Shown: positions 11,033 through 22,329 of the stretch, in pieces
Position numbering within the stretch: the first letter of the stretch is position 1
How the letters are laid out: the number at the start of each line of letters is the position of its first letter
Source of the DNA: Adineta vaga
Taxonomy: Eukaryota > Animalia > Rotifera
Assembly (NCBI GenBank): GCA_021613535.1
Contig: CP075493.1
Location: forward strand, 16,678,001 to 16,742,000
Direction of reading: 5' to 3'
Length of the DNA stretch: 64,000 bases
The notes under the pieces: generated by a model
Databases searched by the model: none
What the model was told of the DNA's origin: nothing
Seen by the model: only the letters and a program-made list of their open reading frames with translations
Translations under genes and position numbers: made by a program

Positions 11033-12697
11033 TCAAGGAGTCTTAGGAAATGCGGGAATGTGGATAATAGAATTCTGTTGATGCATACCTTTATCTTTGA
11101 TATATGCGATCCAGCCTGATTTCATGGATTTTGTAAAATCCTTTCCAAGAAAAAAGCAATTGCGTACGAACGGTGCATAAAATGTAGCAGCGGCGCATTG
11201 ATCTTCATGTTTGCATGCTTGAAAACATTGATAATCGTCGTCTTCAGTATATTGTTTGTAATGACCAGATAGTCTTGTGTTATATTTTGTTATCACTTTT
11301 TCAAGTCCTGGCTCGAAAGTGAGAACTGTGTTGGCTAAGTTCGGTTTTGCCGTTTCATGTTTCCAAACCATCCATGCTGCGAAGTTCACGAATGTATACG
11401 CCCCAGAATCATAATAGATGAACTTACGTTTATCTGTCTTCATATCAGGCCGTGACTTTCCTATCATGTTATAATCTAATTTCATGGGTGTTATCTTGAC
11501 ACAAGACCAAGAATTACATTTTTCGCCTTCACTTATCGTCAAGACATAATTTAGATATTTATTGTATTTACGTGTACGGTTCGCACAAGATTCGGTCAAT
11601 CTGGTAGAGCAATTACCAATTATACTATGAGAATTCTTGTTATTATGGATACACCATGCTACTAATGCGTTTCTACCATTATCTAATTCATTTGGATAAA
11701 AGTGTGAGCCACAATATATATAATTAGGAGAATACCATATCGCATGTTGCGTGCCACTGATTTCGGAAGAATAGAAAATGACGTCCCAATCAAAATATTT
11801 GAACATTAATTTTAAAGTTTGTGCAGTTTCATCAGCAGATTTTCCTCTCTTTGCAATTGTTTTTACAATACTTCTTAATCCAAAAACTCCTTGGTCTTTT
11901 ACGAATTCTTTTAAATTAATGACTTCATTATAATATTTAATCAATTCTTTTACTTCCCTTTCGAAACGAGGTGGATCGAATTGTGTCGTATGATTATATA
12001 CTTCTTCACATCCTTTGATTACAATCGTAATTAACGACGCTAAGTTTTCTATAGTGTCACTCCATATATTAATCTTTTCTGATTCATAATGGGCACAGTT
12101 TTTCAAGAAGTCCACTACTTCATCTTTACTGAGAATTATTTGGAATAGACTATATATTTGATGTATTCCTTCTGAGTGATCGTTACACCTGGATATTATC
12201 GCGTTTCTTACGTTTTCTTTTCCTATTCTGTTTTTGACTCGATAAAAAGCATCATAGATATTCAATAATGATGTTATTTTCGTTGAAAGTTCACGATAAT
12301 TTTGTTTTATTTGTGTACATTGAACTAAGTGACCAATATTTCGTACTATTTCTGAGATTTCCCTTAGTTTTACTAAAATCTTATCTAGTTTCATATCTAG
12401 ATCACAAATAGACGGCGATCGAAAACCAAAAACTGATCCAGTAAAGGAAGCTAAACTTGAGGCAGCTTCTAAAGTTTGTTTTGGTGTGACGGTTTTAGTC
12501 AGCATCATTAGAAGGTGTGCGTTTAAATCTAATGCTTCTTGAATAACACAAGAATCTCTTTTTTTTCTTGATAATTTAGTCTCATTAAAGCTCTCTGTTG
12601 CTTCCAAATCATCTGTGATTAAAAAATTGTAGTTCGCCAAACTTGATATTATCATTATAAATAATAAGCATTGAATGAAAAGTAAACTTAAATGCAT
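11033..12697 (-). CDS. Secreted protein with helical N-terminal region and C-terminal PAN/Apple domain
   Basis: Signal peptide MHLSLLFIQCLLFIMIISSLA, furin-like RKKR, PAN Cys pattern CFQACKHEDQCAAATF...NCFF. Confidence 0.7.
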   Translation of the reverse strand: MHLSLLFIQCLLFIMIISSLANYNFLITDDLEATESFNETKLSRKKRDSCVIQEALDLNAHLLMMLTKTVTPKQTLEAASSLASFTGSVFGFRSPSICDLDMKLDKILVKLREISEIVRNIGHLVQCTQIKQNYRELSTKITSLLNIYDAFYRVKNRIGKENVRNAIISRCNDHSEGIHQIYSLFQIILSKDEVVDFLKNCAHYESEKINIWSDTIENLASLITIVIKGCEEVYNHTTQFDPPRFEREVKELIKYYNEVINLKEFVKDQGVFGLRSIVKTIAKRGKSADETAQTLKLMFKYFDWDVIFYSSEISGTQHAIWYSPNYIYCGSHFYPNELDNGRNALVAWCIHNNKNSHSIIGNCSTRLTESCANRTRKYNKYLNYVLTISEGEKCNSWSCVKITPMKLDYNMIGKSRPDMKTDKRKFIYYDSGAYTFVNFAAWMVWKHETAKPNLANTVLTFEPGLEKVITKYNTRLSGHYKQYTEDDDYQCFQACKHEDQCAAATFYAPFVRNCFFLGKDFTKSMKSGWIAYIKDKGMHQQNSIIHIPAFPKTP

Positions 12698-13778
12698 TTT
12701 TATCTATAAAAAATGTATTTAAAGAAAAAAGAGAGAGAGTTCATGAGAAAACCGATTATTATGTCATATAGGTATAACATGGTCAAAATTCAAATTTGAG
12801 GGTGAGTTCATATAGGAAGGTACAAGCATTCATACGCTGCGTTTCAATCCTTACTTAGAGGGCGTGGCAAATCTCTAACCTTTACCAGTTTTTATTCAAT
12901 GACCGTTCCTTGATATCTTATACAATTGCAAAAGTCAATTATTCAGTGTCCTTTCATTAAAAATAAAAACTATAGTAGAAGATCAGACATTTGATAATTA
13001 CTTTTGTACGCAAGTTTTAAATATTGATGTAGAGTGTATAAAGACAGCTAAAACTTTCTTCATCTATATGTGGACAACTCAGGAGATGTCAGATATTTAG
13101 TTTTATATAATAATAATTCAAACAGAAGAGGCAAATTTTGTCATGTAGATGGGGTTTACATGAAAAAACATTATATGATGGCTCTACGTAGGCATATTTG
13201 CTCGATAAACCTTACCGCTTCCTTCTAAATTATTATTACACAAAAGTAAATACTCAATTAAAATTTGACACGCAGTCAAAAAATGGGTTCCGATCCTGGT
13301 CTCGTTTAGATCCTTGCAAGAAACTTGGTTTCCGAGACTACTTTACCTATCTTTATTTGAATCATTTCTACATTAGTTTAGAAATTGAAAATCGACTAAA
13401 GGAATCTTACTGACTACTAAACTATGCTAGAATTCGATCGGCCAACAAATAAACGAATCACATTTGACTTCACTTGTATATCCTAAGATCTCTTGTGTGC
13501 ATCGTGAAAATCTCAGTTTTTTATCTTCATTGGTTCTCAACTTATTGGCAAAACAACTGCATGGTTAAACTTTTTGAATTAGAGATATGTTGTGATGCTT
13601 CCCTAATGAGGTCATATAGCATCCCGGATGTAGAAACTTGCGATCAGTCAGTAGCTCTCGATACAGGGACATTACAAAAAGATGTAAGGGGAAAGAAAAT
13701 AGTCTAAAGTCTGAGTGAATTATCCAGAATTTCTGAAAAATTGATGAAAATTACAGTATATTTAACACGAGTCAATTT

Positions 13779-13813
13779 CACCCATCCACCCACACCCACA
13801 CCCACACCCTTGA
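13779..13813. repeat. Telomere-like palindrome family, C-rich arm
   Basis: CACCCATCCACCCACACCCACACCCACACCCTTGA, preceded by spacer ATATTTAACACGAGTC shared with the 14741 copy. Confidence 0.75.
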
Positions 13814-14029
13814 CTGAATATTCGTTAAGTGAGTACTTTCTGGAGCCAAAAGTGGTCATAGAAAGCTCGGATCTAAGATCTGCTCATGGTTAGGTTGTTA
13901 GTGTTACTACTAGTATACGCATCTATGTCGACCTACACACCACCATGCCTCTCTCTGTCATAGTTCTTACTAGCAAATTTATTCATATAAACTTACTCAA
14001 CTTAATGCGTATTTCTACCAGTGACTTCC

Positions 14030-14089
14030 CTCTAAACACAAAAAAGGAACTTTTTTTAAGGTTCGGTAAAATTCCTTTTTTGTTTAGAG
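14030..14089. repeat. Small inverted repeat, possible MITE remnant
   Basis: CTCTAAACACAAAAAAGGAA ... TTCCTTTTTTGTTTAGAG. Confidence 0.5.
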
Positions 14090-14566
14090 TGTGGATACTT
14101 AGTACATCTACATGAAACATTTAGTGGCTTTCAAATCGCTCGTGTCTATTACCCGTTTCAAAATAGGAGAAGAGTGAGTGTTTTTTGAATAATGTTTGAT
14201 AGGAACAACATAGAGACCTACGGTTTTCACAATTCGAAAGCACAATGTCGGAGCAACAAAATATAACTACTCGATAGAAAAAATTATTCTGTATTTATCT
14301 TTATAACTATAGAGTAATGTATGGTTTCTATACTTGTTGTGGACAACAATGAATACACGTGTCTGCATAATATGTAAGAAAACGAGAAAAACATTCAACG
14401 AAAGAGAAAATTTTATACACCAATGTCCAATGACGTTACCTCACAATAATAATCACGAAAACATTTTTTATTTTTTTACTTCGTCAACATACGACATTAC
14501 ATCGTTACAAATACAAATACAACGACTAAGATTTTAGTTATAAATAAACATATTTATGGTATCAAT

Positions 14567-17500
14567 ATGGCTAATAGATTCGTACCATCTCTTCATACTT
14601 TACCCATCGAGTTGACTTATCGGATTTTGGATTTTCTTCAAACTCATGATATTCTTATTTCGTTTCAAGATGTTTGCAGGCGATTTCATGCAATATTACA
14701 CACATACTACCGTTATCAGGTAAGTTTCTCGACATCTAAAAGGTGGGTGTGAGTGTGGGCAACATATTAAAACACAAGTCTCACTCACACCCACACCCTC
14801 GACAAATTAAGTCTGAAAAATTTTCATGCGTTATTTAGACATTTAATTATTTTCGAAAACATATACTTCGACGAAAGTTAATACCAATTATTCGTTCCTT
14901 ATACCGTAATAAGGTAATCAATCATTCTCTACTCATCTAAAATATTAATAAAACTCTCATTCACTATAGACGATTACTATACTGACACTTAATTATAACA
15001 AATTTGATTCTGAAATAGTATATCATCTTGCTGTTGTTTTGAGAATCAATCAGGTAACATAATATCTCCACTTATTCTATCTTCTATATATATAAAGAAG
15101 AAAGTTTGTCTGTCTGTCTGTCTGTCTGTTCGCTATGCATTCAGTCGCTGTAATAGCCACGATTACCAAACTTTCTACGATGCTTCCTTAGGTCCCAGGA
15201 AAGGTCGACATGGGGTTAGAATGGTCATCAGGGGGTGGGGGTGGGGAGCGTGGGTGAAATTTCACCCAGGCAGTTCAATGATAGCTAACATTCCCAAACT
15301 TTCCACAATGCTTCTCTAGGCCCACGGGAAGGTCGACATTTACTTTGTTTAAAAAAAAATGAATTCTACGCTTTCTACGGGCAATCTATGAAACTGGCCA
15401 ATAGGATTGCAGCATTTCAAAAACTTTAAATAATTCATAGCGAAGGCGGCCGAAGGCCGTCTGAGCGCACATCGACGATAATTTACACGTTCCGTATCAA
15501 AATATATTGATTTAAGGGTGGGAATCGGTGTCTGGGTGAAACTTCACCCAAGTCGTATTGATTTTCAATTGTCGTTATTTTGGTAGAAACTTACAGAATG
15601 TGCTCCAGTTTTGAGGTTTTTTTATTTGATACTATTTATTTGCAATAAATGTGACAATTAAAGGTTCTTTAATCTATATCTATCTATCCATCTATATAAT
15701 CTTCTATATATATATATATAATATATATATATATATAAAGAAGAAAGTTTGTTCGTTATGCATTCAGTCCCTGTAATAGCTAACGTCACCAAACTTTCCA
15801 CAATGCTTCCCTCGATCCAGAGGAAGGTCGACATGGGGTTAGAATGGCCATCAAGGGATGGGGAGGCGGCGTGTATGAAATTTCGCTCTCAAGATGGCAT
15901 ATAGGAATCAGGGTGGGTGTGGGTGTCTGCATGTAGGATAGACAACTACAAAGTGTGGGTTGGGTTCTCAAAAAAACTGAATCTGGAGTGAAATGACTAC
16001 TCTACCTGTATAGAGTAGAAGTGAAGTTTATAAAGTAGAGAATGACTTGCAGCGGGACAGTGGGTGTAGAATAGGACTGGAGTTGCAGCGGGACAGTGGG
16101 TGTAGAATGGGACTGGAGTTGCAGCGGGACAGTGGGTGTAGAATGGGACTGGAGTTGCAGCGAGACAGTAGGAGTGGATTTAAAAGGAACAGAGCATTAT
16201 GTCGTATGGATAGCGAGACAAGATCAGTAGAAAAGAACTAATGAAGAGATGTGAAAATTTCTGAGAAAATACCTGGTGCATGACGCGAAAAGCACTGTTG
16301 TAGAGGGAAAACGTAAATTATGCCCTCTTTGCAGCGAGTATCTCCGCTAGTCTATTATATTTACAATATTCTCACTCATGATAGACACTTACTACTTTAA
16401 ACATTCACTATAATCGTATAGATCATGAAAGTATCTGCCATTTTGCTAATGCTTTGAAGATCAATAAGGTGATATAATATCTCAACTTATCGACCAACTC
16501 TACAACATTCTCACTTATCATAGACAATTACCACACTGAAGCTTGAAAGATGCCAACTTGATCTTGAAACAATTCATCATCTTGCCGATGTTTTAAGAAT
16601 CAATCAAGTATTACAATATATTTTCTTACCTATCATCATACATATATATATATACATATAGAAGTCTCTTTCATCATAGACACTCACTACTCTAAACCTT
16701 CTCTATGATAGTATCGGTGTAAAAGGTATCCATCATATTGCCGACGCTCTGAAGATCAATAAGGTAACATAACATCTTCATTTATATTATATGTACATCA
16801 TATAGTTTTTCACTGATAGACACTCACCACGCTACATCTCGCGGGGAATCAGATCGGCGACACAGGTATGCATTGTCTTGCTGGTGCTTTGAAAATCAAT
16901 CAGGTGATATATTGCTTCTTTCTTATCAGACCAGTGACATTCGAATTCATCATAGACGATCGTAACATTGAATCTTAGACACAATCAAATTGGCGATGAG
17001 GGTGCGCTCTATCTTGCTGATGCTTTGACGATCAATCAGGTGAGAGAAGATTTCAACTTATCTCCTAGATCTATAACAATCACCTTCATCCAAAAGACAC
17101 TTTTAATTCTTGATCTTCAATACAACAAGATCCATGGTAATGGAGCACGTTATCTTGCGGATGCCTTAAAGATGAATCAGGTTGGATAGAATCTGTACCA
17201 GTCTGCCATACCTTCAACATTCTTACACATTAAAGACACTACAGACACTGATTACGAAGCATAATCCGATGAGTCATTCAGAAAAACATGGTGTTCAAGC
17301 TATATTGGATATAAACCTAGTTAGACAGTCCTATGATTTACTGTTATCTGTTTAACTTTCTGCTTCATCATAGATTATTAATACACTCTAGCAACAAAAC
17401 AATCAAATCGATAATATACCGATATCTCAGCTGAATAACTCATTACAGAATACCCTGGTGATTCAATGTTTCGCATTGTCTTCTATTTCTACAACATAAT

Positions 17501-20243
17501 CATCCATTATAGACCATCAACACAGGAAACCTACCATGCAGAGTTATCGGTAATGACGAAATTTGTTATGTTGCTAGTGTCATAAAGCCGAATAATGTGA
17601 GACGAAAGCATTGTCCATCCATCGTTCTCTAAAGTATTTCATTCAACATAGACAATTGAAATACTTGATCTACGCGACAACCAGATTGGTAATGTAGGAG
17701 TTCGTCATGTTTGTGATATCTTAGAGATCTTGAAGGTGAAGCAAAATATCCGTTCATGTATTTTGTATCTATATAATTCTGATCTATCATAGGGTATCGA
17801 TTCTTTGTATCTTAAAAAGAACCGGATCGGTGCTAAAGGAGCATATTATCTTGCTGCTGCTTTAAGAACAAATCAGGTAACCTACAATTTCTACTTGCTT
17901 AGTATATTATATCTACAAGATATTCGATCATCATAGGCAATTACCATATTGGATCTTGCAGAAAATAAAATTCGTGACGACGGAGCGCATCATCTTGCTG
18001 ATGCTTTAAAGATTAATCAGGTGACAGATTATTTTTCATTATCTATCATATCTACAACATTCCTCTTGATTATAGACTATCACTACAATGTATCTTGGAC
18101 GGAATCAAATCAGTAATGAAGGAGCACATTATCTTGCTGATACTCTGAGAACTAATCAAGTGCTAGAATATCTCTCTACATACCTATCATATCTACAAGA
18201 TTCTTCTACATCTTAGACACTCATCACTTTAGATCTTGACTCGAACCGTATCGGCGATGAAGGAGCGCGTTATTTTGCTGATGCCTTAATGTTCAATCAG
18301 GTACGACCATATTTCTCTTTCTCTATCATTTCTATAACTTGTGTACTCACAATAATAGACACTCATGACTCTAAATCTCCGATGCAATCGCATCAGTACG
18401 GAAGAGATTAGTTATCTTCATAACGTTCCAAAGATGACTCATGTGAGAAATGATCTCGAATGATTTCTCATACTTTACACATTTTCATTCATGGTAGACA
18501 ATTAGTATTTTAACGACACCGAGTGACGAGATCGACCGAGAAGAGCAACAAAATTTTCCAGTTATCTTAAAGATTAATCAAGTTAGACAAATCTTCTACT
18601 TCACCATGATTTTTTTAACTTTCTTTTTCATAATAGATTATTAACAGATTTATTTCATCTGTGACTCAATCGAATAATGCCTCACAGATCTCTCAGGTAA
18701 AGCAATCTCTGTTTATCTTTCATTTCTATAACATTCTCATTCATCACAGACAACTACTACATTATATCTTGATCAAACTGATATCGGTGATGATGAAATA
18801 TATTACGTTTCTGATGCTCTAAAGTCCTGTCATGTGAGAGAAAATCTATACATAGTCGTCTTAAATTCAGTTTTTTCATTCGTTGCAGACGATAAATACG
18901 CTAAGCCTTCGATGCAATCATATCGGTGATGTAGGTGTCAATGATCTCTGTGAAATACTCAAGATCTTGAAAGTCAGACAAGTTTTGTGCTCATCTACTT
19001 TTACCAACATTATTCTTCTCGATAATAGACAGTTGACACCTTACATCTTGATAACAATTGGATCGGTAGCGAAGGAGCCCATTATCTCGCTAATGTCTTA
19101 AAGATGAATCAAGTGTGTTAAGTTTACTACTTAGCTGTCATATCTTTGTTTTTTTTGTCATTTGTCGTAGACTATTACTATATTAGATCTAGGAGAAAAC
19201 AAAATTAGCGATATAGGAGCAGAATATATTGCAGATGCTCTGAAGATTAATCAAGTGAGAAATAATCTTTGCTTCATCATCGTATCTTCAGCATTTTCAT
19301 ATATGACAGACAATTAGAAAATTGGATCTTCGGTCCAATCATATTGGCAATACGGGACTGCAACATATTAGTGAGGCTCTCAAAATTAATAAGGTGACAG
19401 AAGCTCATTCATCACAGTTGTCATATGAAATTGATTGTATTTCTTATAGACAATCACATCATTGTATCTTCAAGGAAATGATATCGGCATTGAAGGAGCA
19501 CATTACCTTGCTGATGCCCTTCAAGTTAATCGGGTGAGACGCAAAATCCAATGTTCTGTTATATGGATAACATTCATTTTCATCCTAGACTATCACTTCG
19601 TTGCATCTTCGAAAAAATCAAATTGGTACTGCGGGTGTTCAATATCTTGCTGATGCTCTCAAGATGAATAAAGTGAAAGAAACTCTTTATTCATTTGTTA
19701 TATCTTTAGTATTGTTATTCGTTATAGACAATCAGTATATTGAATCTTGGATGCAATCAGATTGGTGATGAAGGAATACATCATCTTAGTCATGTTTTGA
19801 AAATCAATCAAGTGAGATGAAACTTTTGATTATATATGATAACTGCAATATTCTCATTTGTTATAGACTATCACAATTATGAATCTTGATAGTAACAAAA
19901 TTGGTGATCAAGGAGCATATTATCTTGGTGATACTCTCGTGAATAATCAAGTGAGTGAATATTACTATTTAGGCTTCCTATCTATGTTATTCTCGTCCAC
20001 TGTAGACAATTACGAATCTATATGTTTGGGGTAATCAGATTGGCAATGAAGGAGCACGTTATCTTGCAGATGCTCTGACAGTGAATCAGGCAAGAGAAAA
20101 TATCTGCTCATCTATGATTTGTGTAAGTGTAAATTTCTCATCCATTATAGACGATATTAATACTAAAAGTTGGCAGTAACAAAATCAACTATCAAAAAAT
20201 GCATGATCTTCCTGATGTTGTTAAGACAAGGATGACCTTTTAG
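14567..20243 (+). CDS. F-box + ribonuclease-inhibitor/NLRC3-type LRR array protein, ~31 exons
   Basis: Exon 1 (14567..14719) is an F-box, SLHTLPIELTYRILDFL. Mostly 84-nt phase-0 exons follow (TLxxLxLxxNxIGxxGAxxLAxALxxNQ) separated by ~55-nt introns. Stop at 20241-20243; one exon has an in-frame TAG (17389-17391); one GC donor at 20090. Confidence 0.9.
14741..14802. repeat. Telomere-like palindrome family (intron 1 of the LRR gene)
   Basis: GTGGGTGTGAGTG ... CACTCACACCCAC perfect 13-bp arms, then ACCCTCGA. Confidence 0.9.
15080..16350 (+). mobile_element. Compound non-autonomous Helitron in LRR-gene intron 3
   Basis: 5' TCTTCTATATATATAAAGAAG followed by (GTCT)n; second copy of the 5' end at 15700; 3' end ...CCGCTAG; inserted between A and T with no TSD. 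Removing it restores a ~60-nt intron like its neighbours. Confidence 0.85.
16047..16170 (+). repeat. 36-bp minisatellite (~3.5 copies) inside the Helitron
   Basis: Unit TTGCAGCGGGACAGTGGGTGTAGAATGGGACTGGAG. Confidence 0.9.
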
Positions 20244-20388
20244 ATATAGAAATACAAGCAGAGACTAGCAATGGGTATCATGCTAGCGCTTATTAAATGT
20301 TGTCAACTACTTGTAATTTAAAGACGATAAAATAATTTTTACATAAATCACACGATAGTCTACTCGCCGAGTTTATCCTGAGGTCAAA

Positions 20389-20442
20389 GAGGGTGTCAGG
20401 GTGTCAGAGTATTGAAGAGTGCTCACACACACAACCTCAAGA
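20389..20442. repeat. Telomere-like palindrome family
   Basis: GAGGGTGTCAGGGTGTCAG...CTCACACACACAACCTCAAGA. Confidence 0.75.
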
Positions 20443-20836
20443 TGTTGAATTTCATCAACATGAGTCATGTTTGCGTCATTATGTGAAATAGAAAAACTAA
20501 ATTCATGAAATTACATTCACTATTATTCGTTATATAAAATAAAACACTTGAAAGTTTTCTGACATGTTATAATAGTAATATCATAGTTAGTGCACTCTAT
20601 TATGTTTTAAATAAATATGATTCGCTTGCTTTTTCATCTTGTAATACAAAAAAGAAAACAACAATAGTAATAACTGAAAGGAAAGGAAAGGAAAGGAAAG
20701 TCGACGTTGGAAAAAACCAAGCTGTGGTGTATATATATAGAGAAAGGGGGAGATGTATTGCACAAGACCATTTTTTTCTTTGCCTTCTATAAAAATGTTA
20801 TGATTGATTTTAGATTAAATATTAATTTGTTTAATA

Positions 20837-22329
20837 ATGAGCTCATCGGAAGAGTTCAAATTCTCATCGATGGTAATTAACAATGATTTACCTTCACCAC
20901 CACCATTATACCGTGAAAATTCTGGTATAAAGATTTCAATTATTTTAAAACATCATAATAATTGTTTGTTATATTCTCATGTAGTTGCTACATCGGACTT
21001 TATTCATGATACTTTGCTAAAATATAACATAAGTATGTAGAGAAAAAAATGTTTGTCAAATAACTTTTGTATCATTTAAAGATGCTGATAATGACGATCT
21101 CTTATTATCACAATTCGATTCTAAAGTATTTGAATCTTTTTCTGACGAACCAATTGAAGGTAAAGTGGATGAATGTATTTTTTCTCTTCTATTTAATTTT
21201 ATAGTTTTGTTAGGTTTTGATCAAGCACAAGCAAATATCGTTACTGGAGAATTACCAGATTTGCTCGAACAATCAGCATCTAATGCTGAAGATCAAATGG
21301 CAGAATCAATTGAGAAAGCTGAGTCATTAAGATTACATACACCACCTGATCCATATCAACGCGTTCGATATGATGGAGAACTTGATGAAGATCTTCGTTT
21401 TATTAGTACGCCTAAAAATAAGGGAATTGAACTTGAGGTACCGTGATTTGTTTTTGTTTTTTTAAACTTTTCATTTATGTCCAATAGATATCTGATATTC
21501 GAAGTTGTATACCACCAAACATGTCGGTTAAACTTCGTATATCTCGCACTACAACTGCCTTTGATCCTGATCAAACTGTGTGTTGTCATCCATATCCATT
21601 ATACACAAAAAATAAAGATGCAATAGTTCATGATGGTTCTTTACTATTTCCTGTATCAATTAAAAACATAGAAGAACAAAGAATTATGTACATATAAATT
21701 CTTATATAGACGGATACGCTAAAAATTATTAATTTGTTGATTTTGTTTAGAATCGACGATCTAATCATGACACGATTAAAACAATCTACATTGAAAACAA
21801 AAACACAATGGCCAATTTTTACATACGATCAATTCAACTGTAATGGTAATAAAAGAATTTAACTGAGAAAAAGAATTTATTTCTATTCATAGGTTATCAT
21901 CTTATCAATATCGATACAGCAAAATCAATCATATCGACGTATAATCTTCGATGGTCTGTTTTACGATTTCAAATATTTTTTGTCGACGAAAATCAACTTG
22001 CTCATGCAACTCATTTATCTTGTGAAACAGTGCCAATCTATGAGTATGAATGTATGAAAATTCCTCTTGCTTATATGCGACTACAGATATCTCATATAAA
22101 AGTATTACTTTTGTTTAGATAAAGAACAGAATACTATTCCAGAACAATATAGAAACAAACGAAAGAAATCGATTATGGTAAATTAATCTTTTGAAGAAAA
22201 TGACGTTATAGGAATTTTCTTGTTTTCTTTTCTCTATAGATCAATAAAGAACGTAAGAGAAACGTTCCAAAACAAAACAAAGTCAAAAGGCTGAAGGGCC
22301 TTATCCGCACAACGCAAGGAGATTCATAA
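20837..22329 (+). CDS. Divergent Rel-homology-domain (NF-kB/NFAT-like) protein, multi-exon
   Basis: Spliced translation gives PDPYQRVRYDGE...VKLRISRTT...CHPYPL...YNLRWSVLRFQIFFVDEN...CETVPIYE, then basic RNKRKK. This matches the Rel motif order RFRYxCE / HPHxL / DLNVVRLCFQ / SxPIYD plus an NLS. 5' exons less certain. Confidence 0.6.

Noticed and set aside
16047-16241. ORF with QRDSGCRMGLEL repeats
   Set aside because: Translation of a 36-bp minisatellite inside a non-autonomous Helitron.
14839-20243. Regular ~140-bp periodicity resembling a CRISPR or other repeat-spacer array
   Set aside because: Fully explained by 84-nt LRR exons plus ~55-nt GT-AG introns; no invariant repeat and no cas genes.
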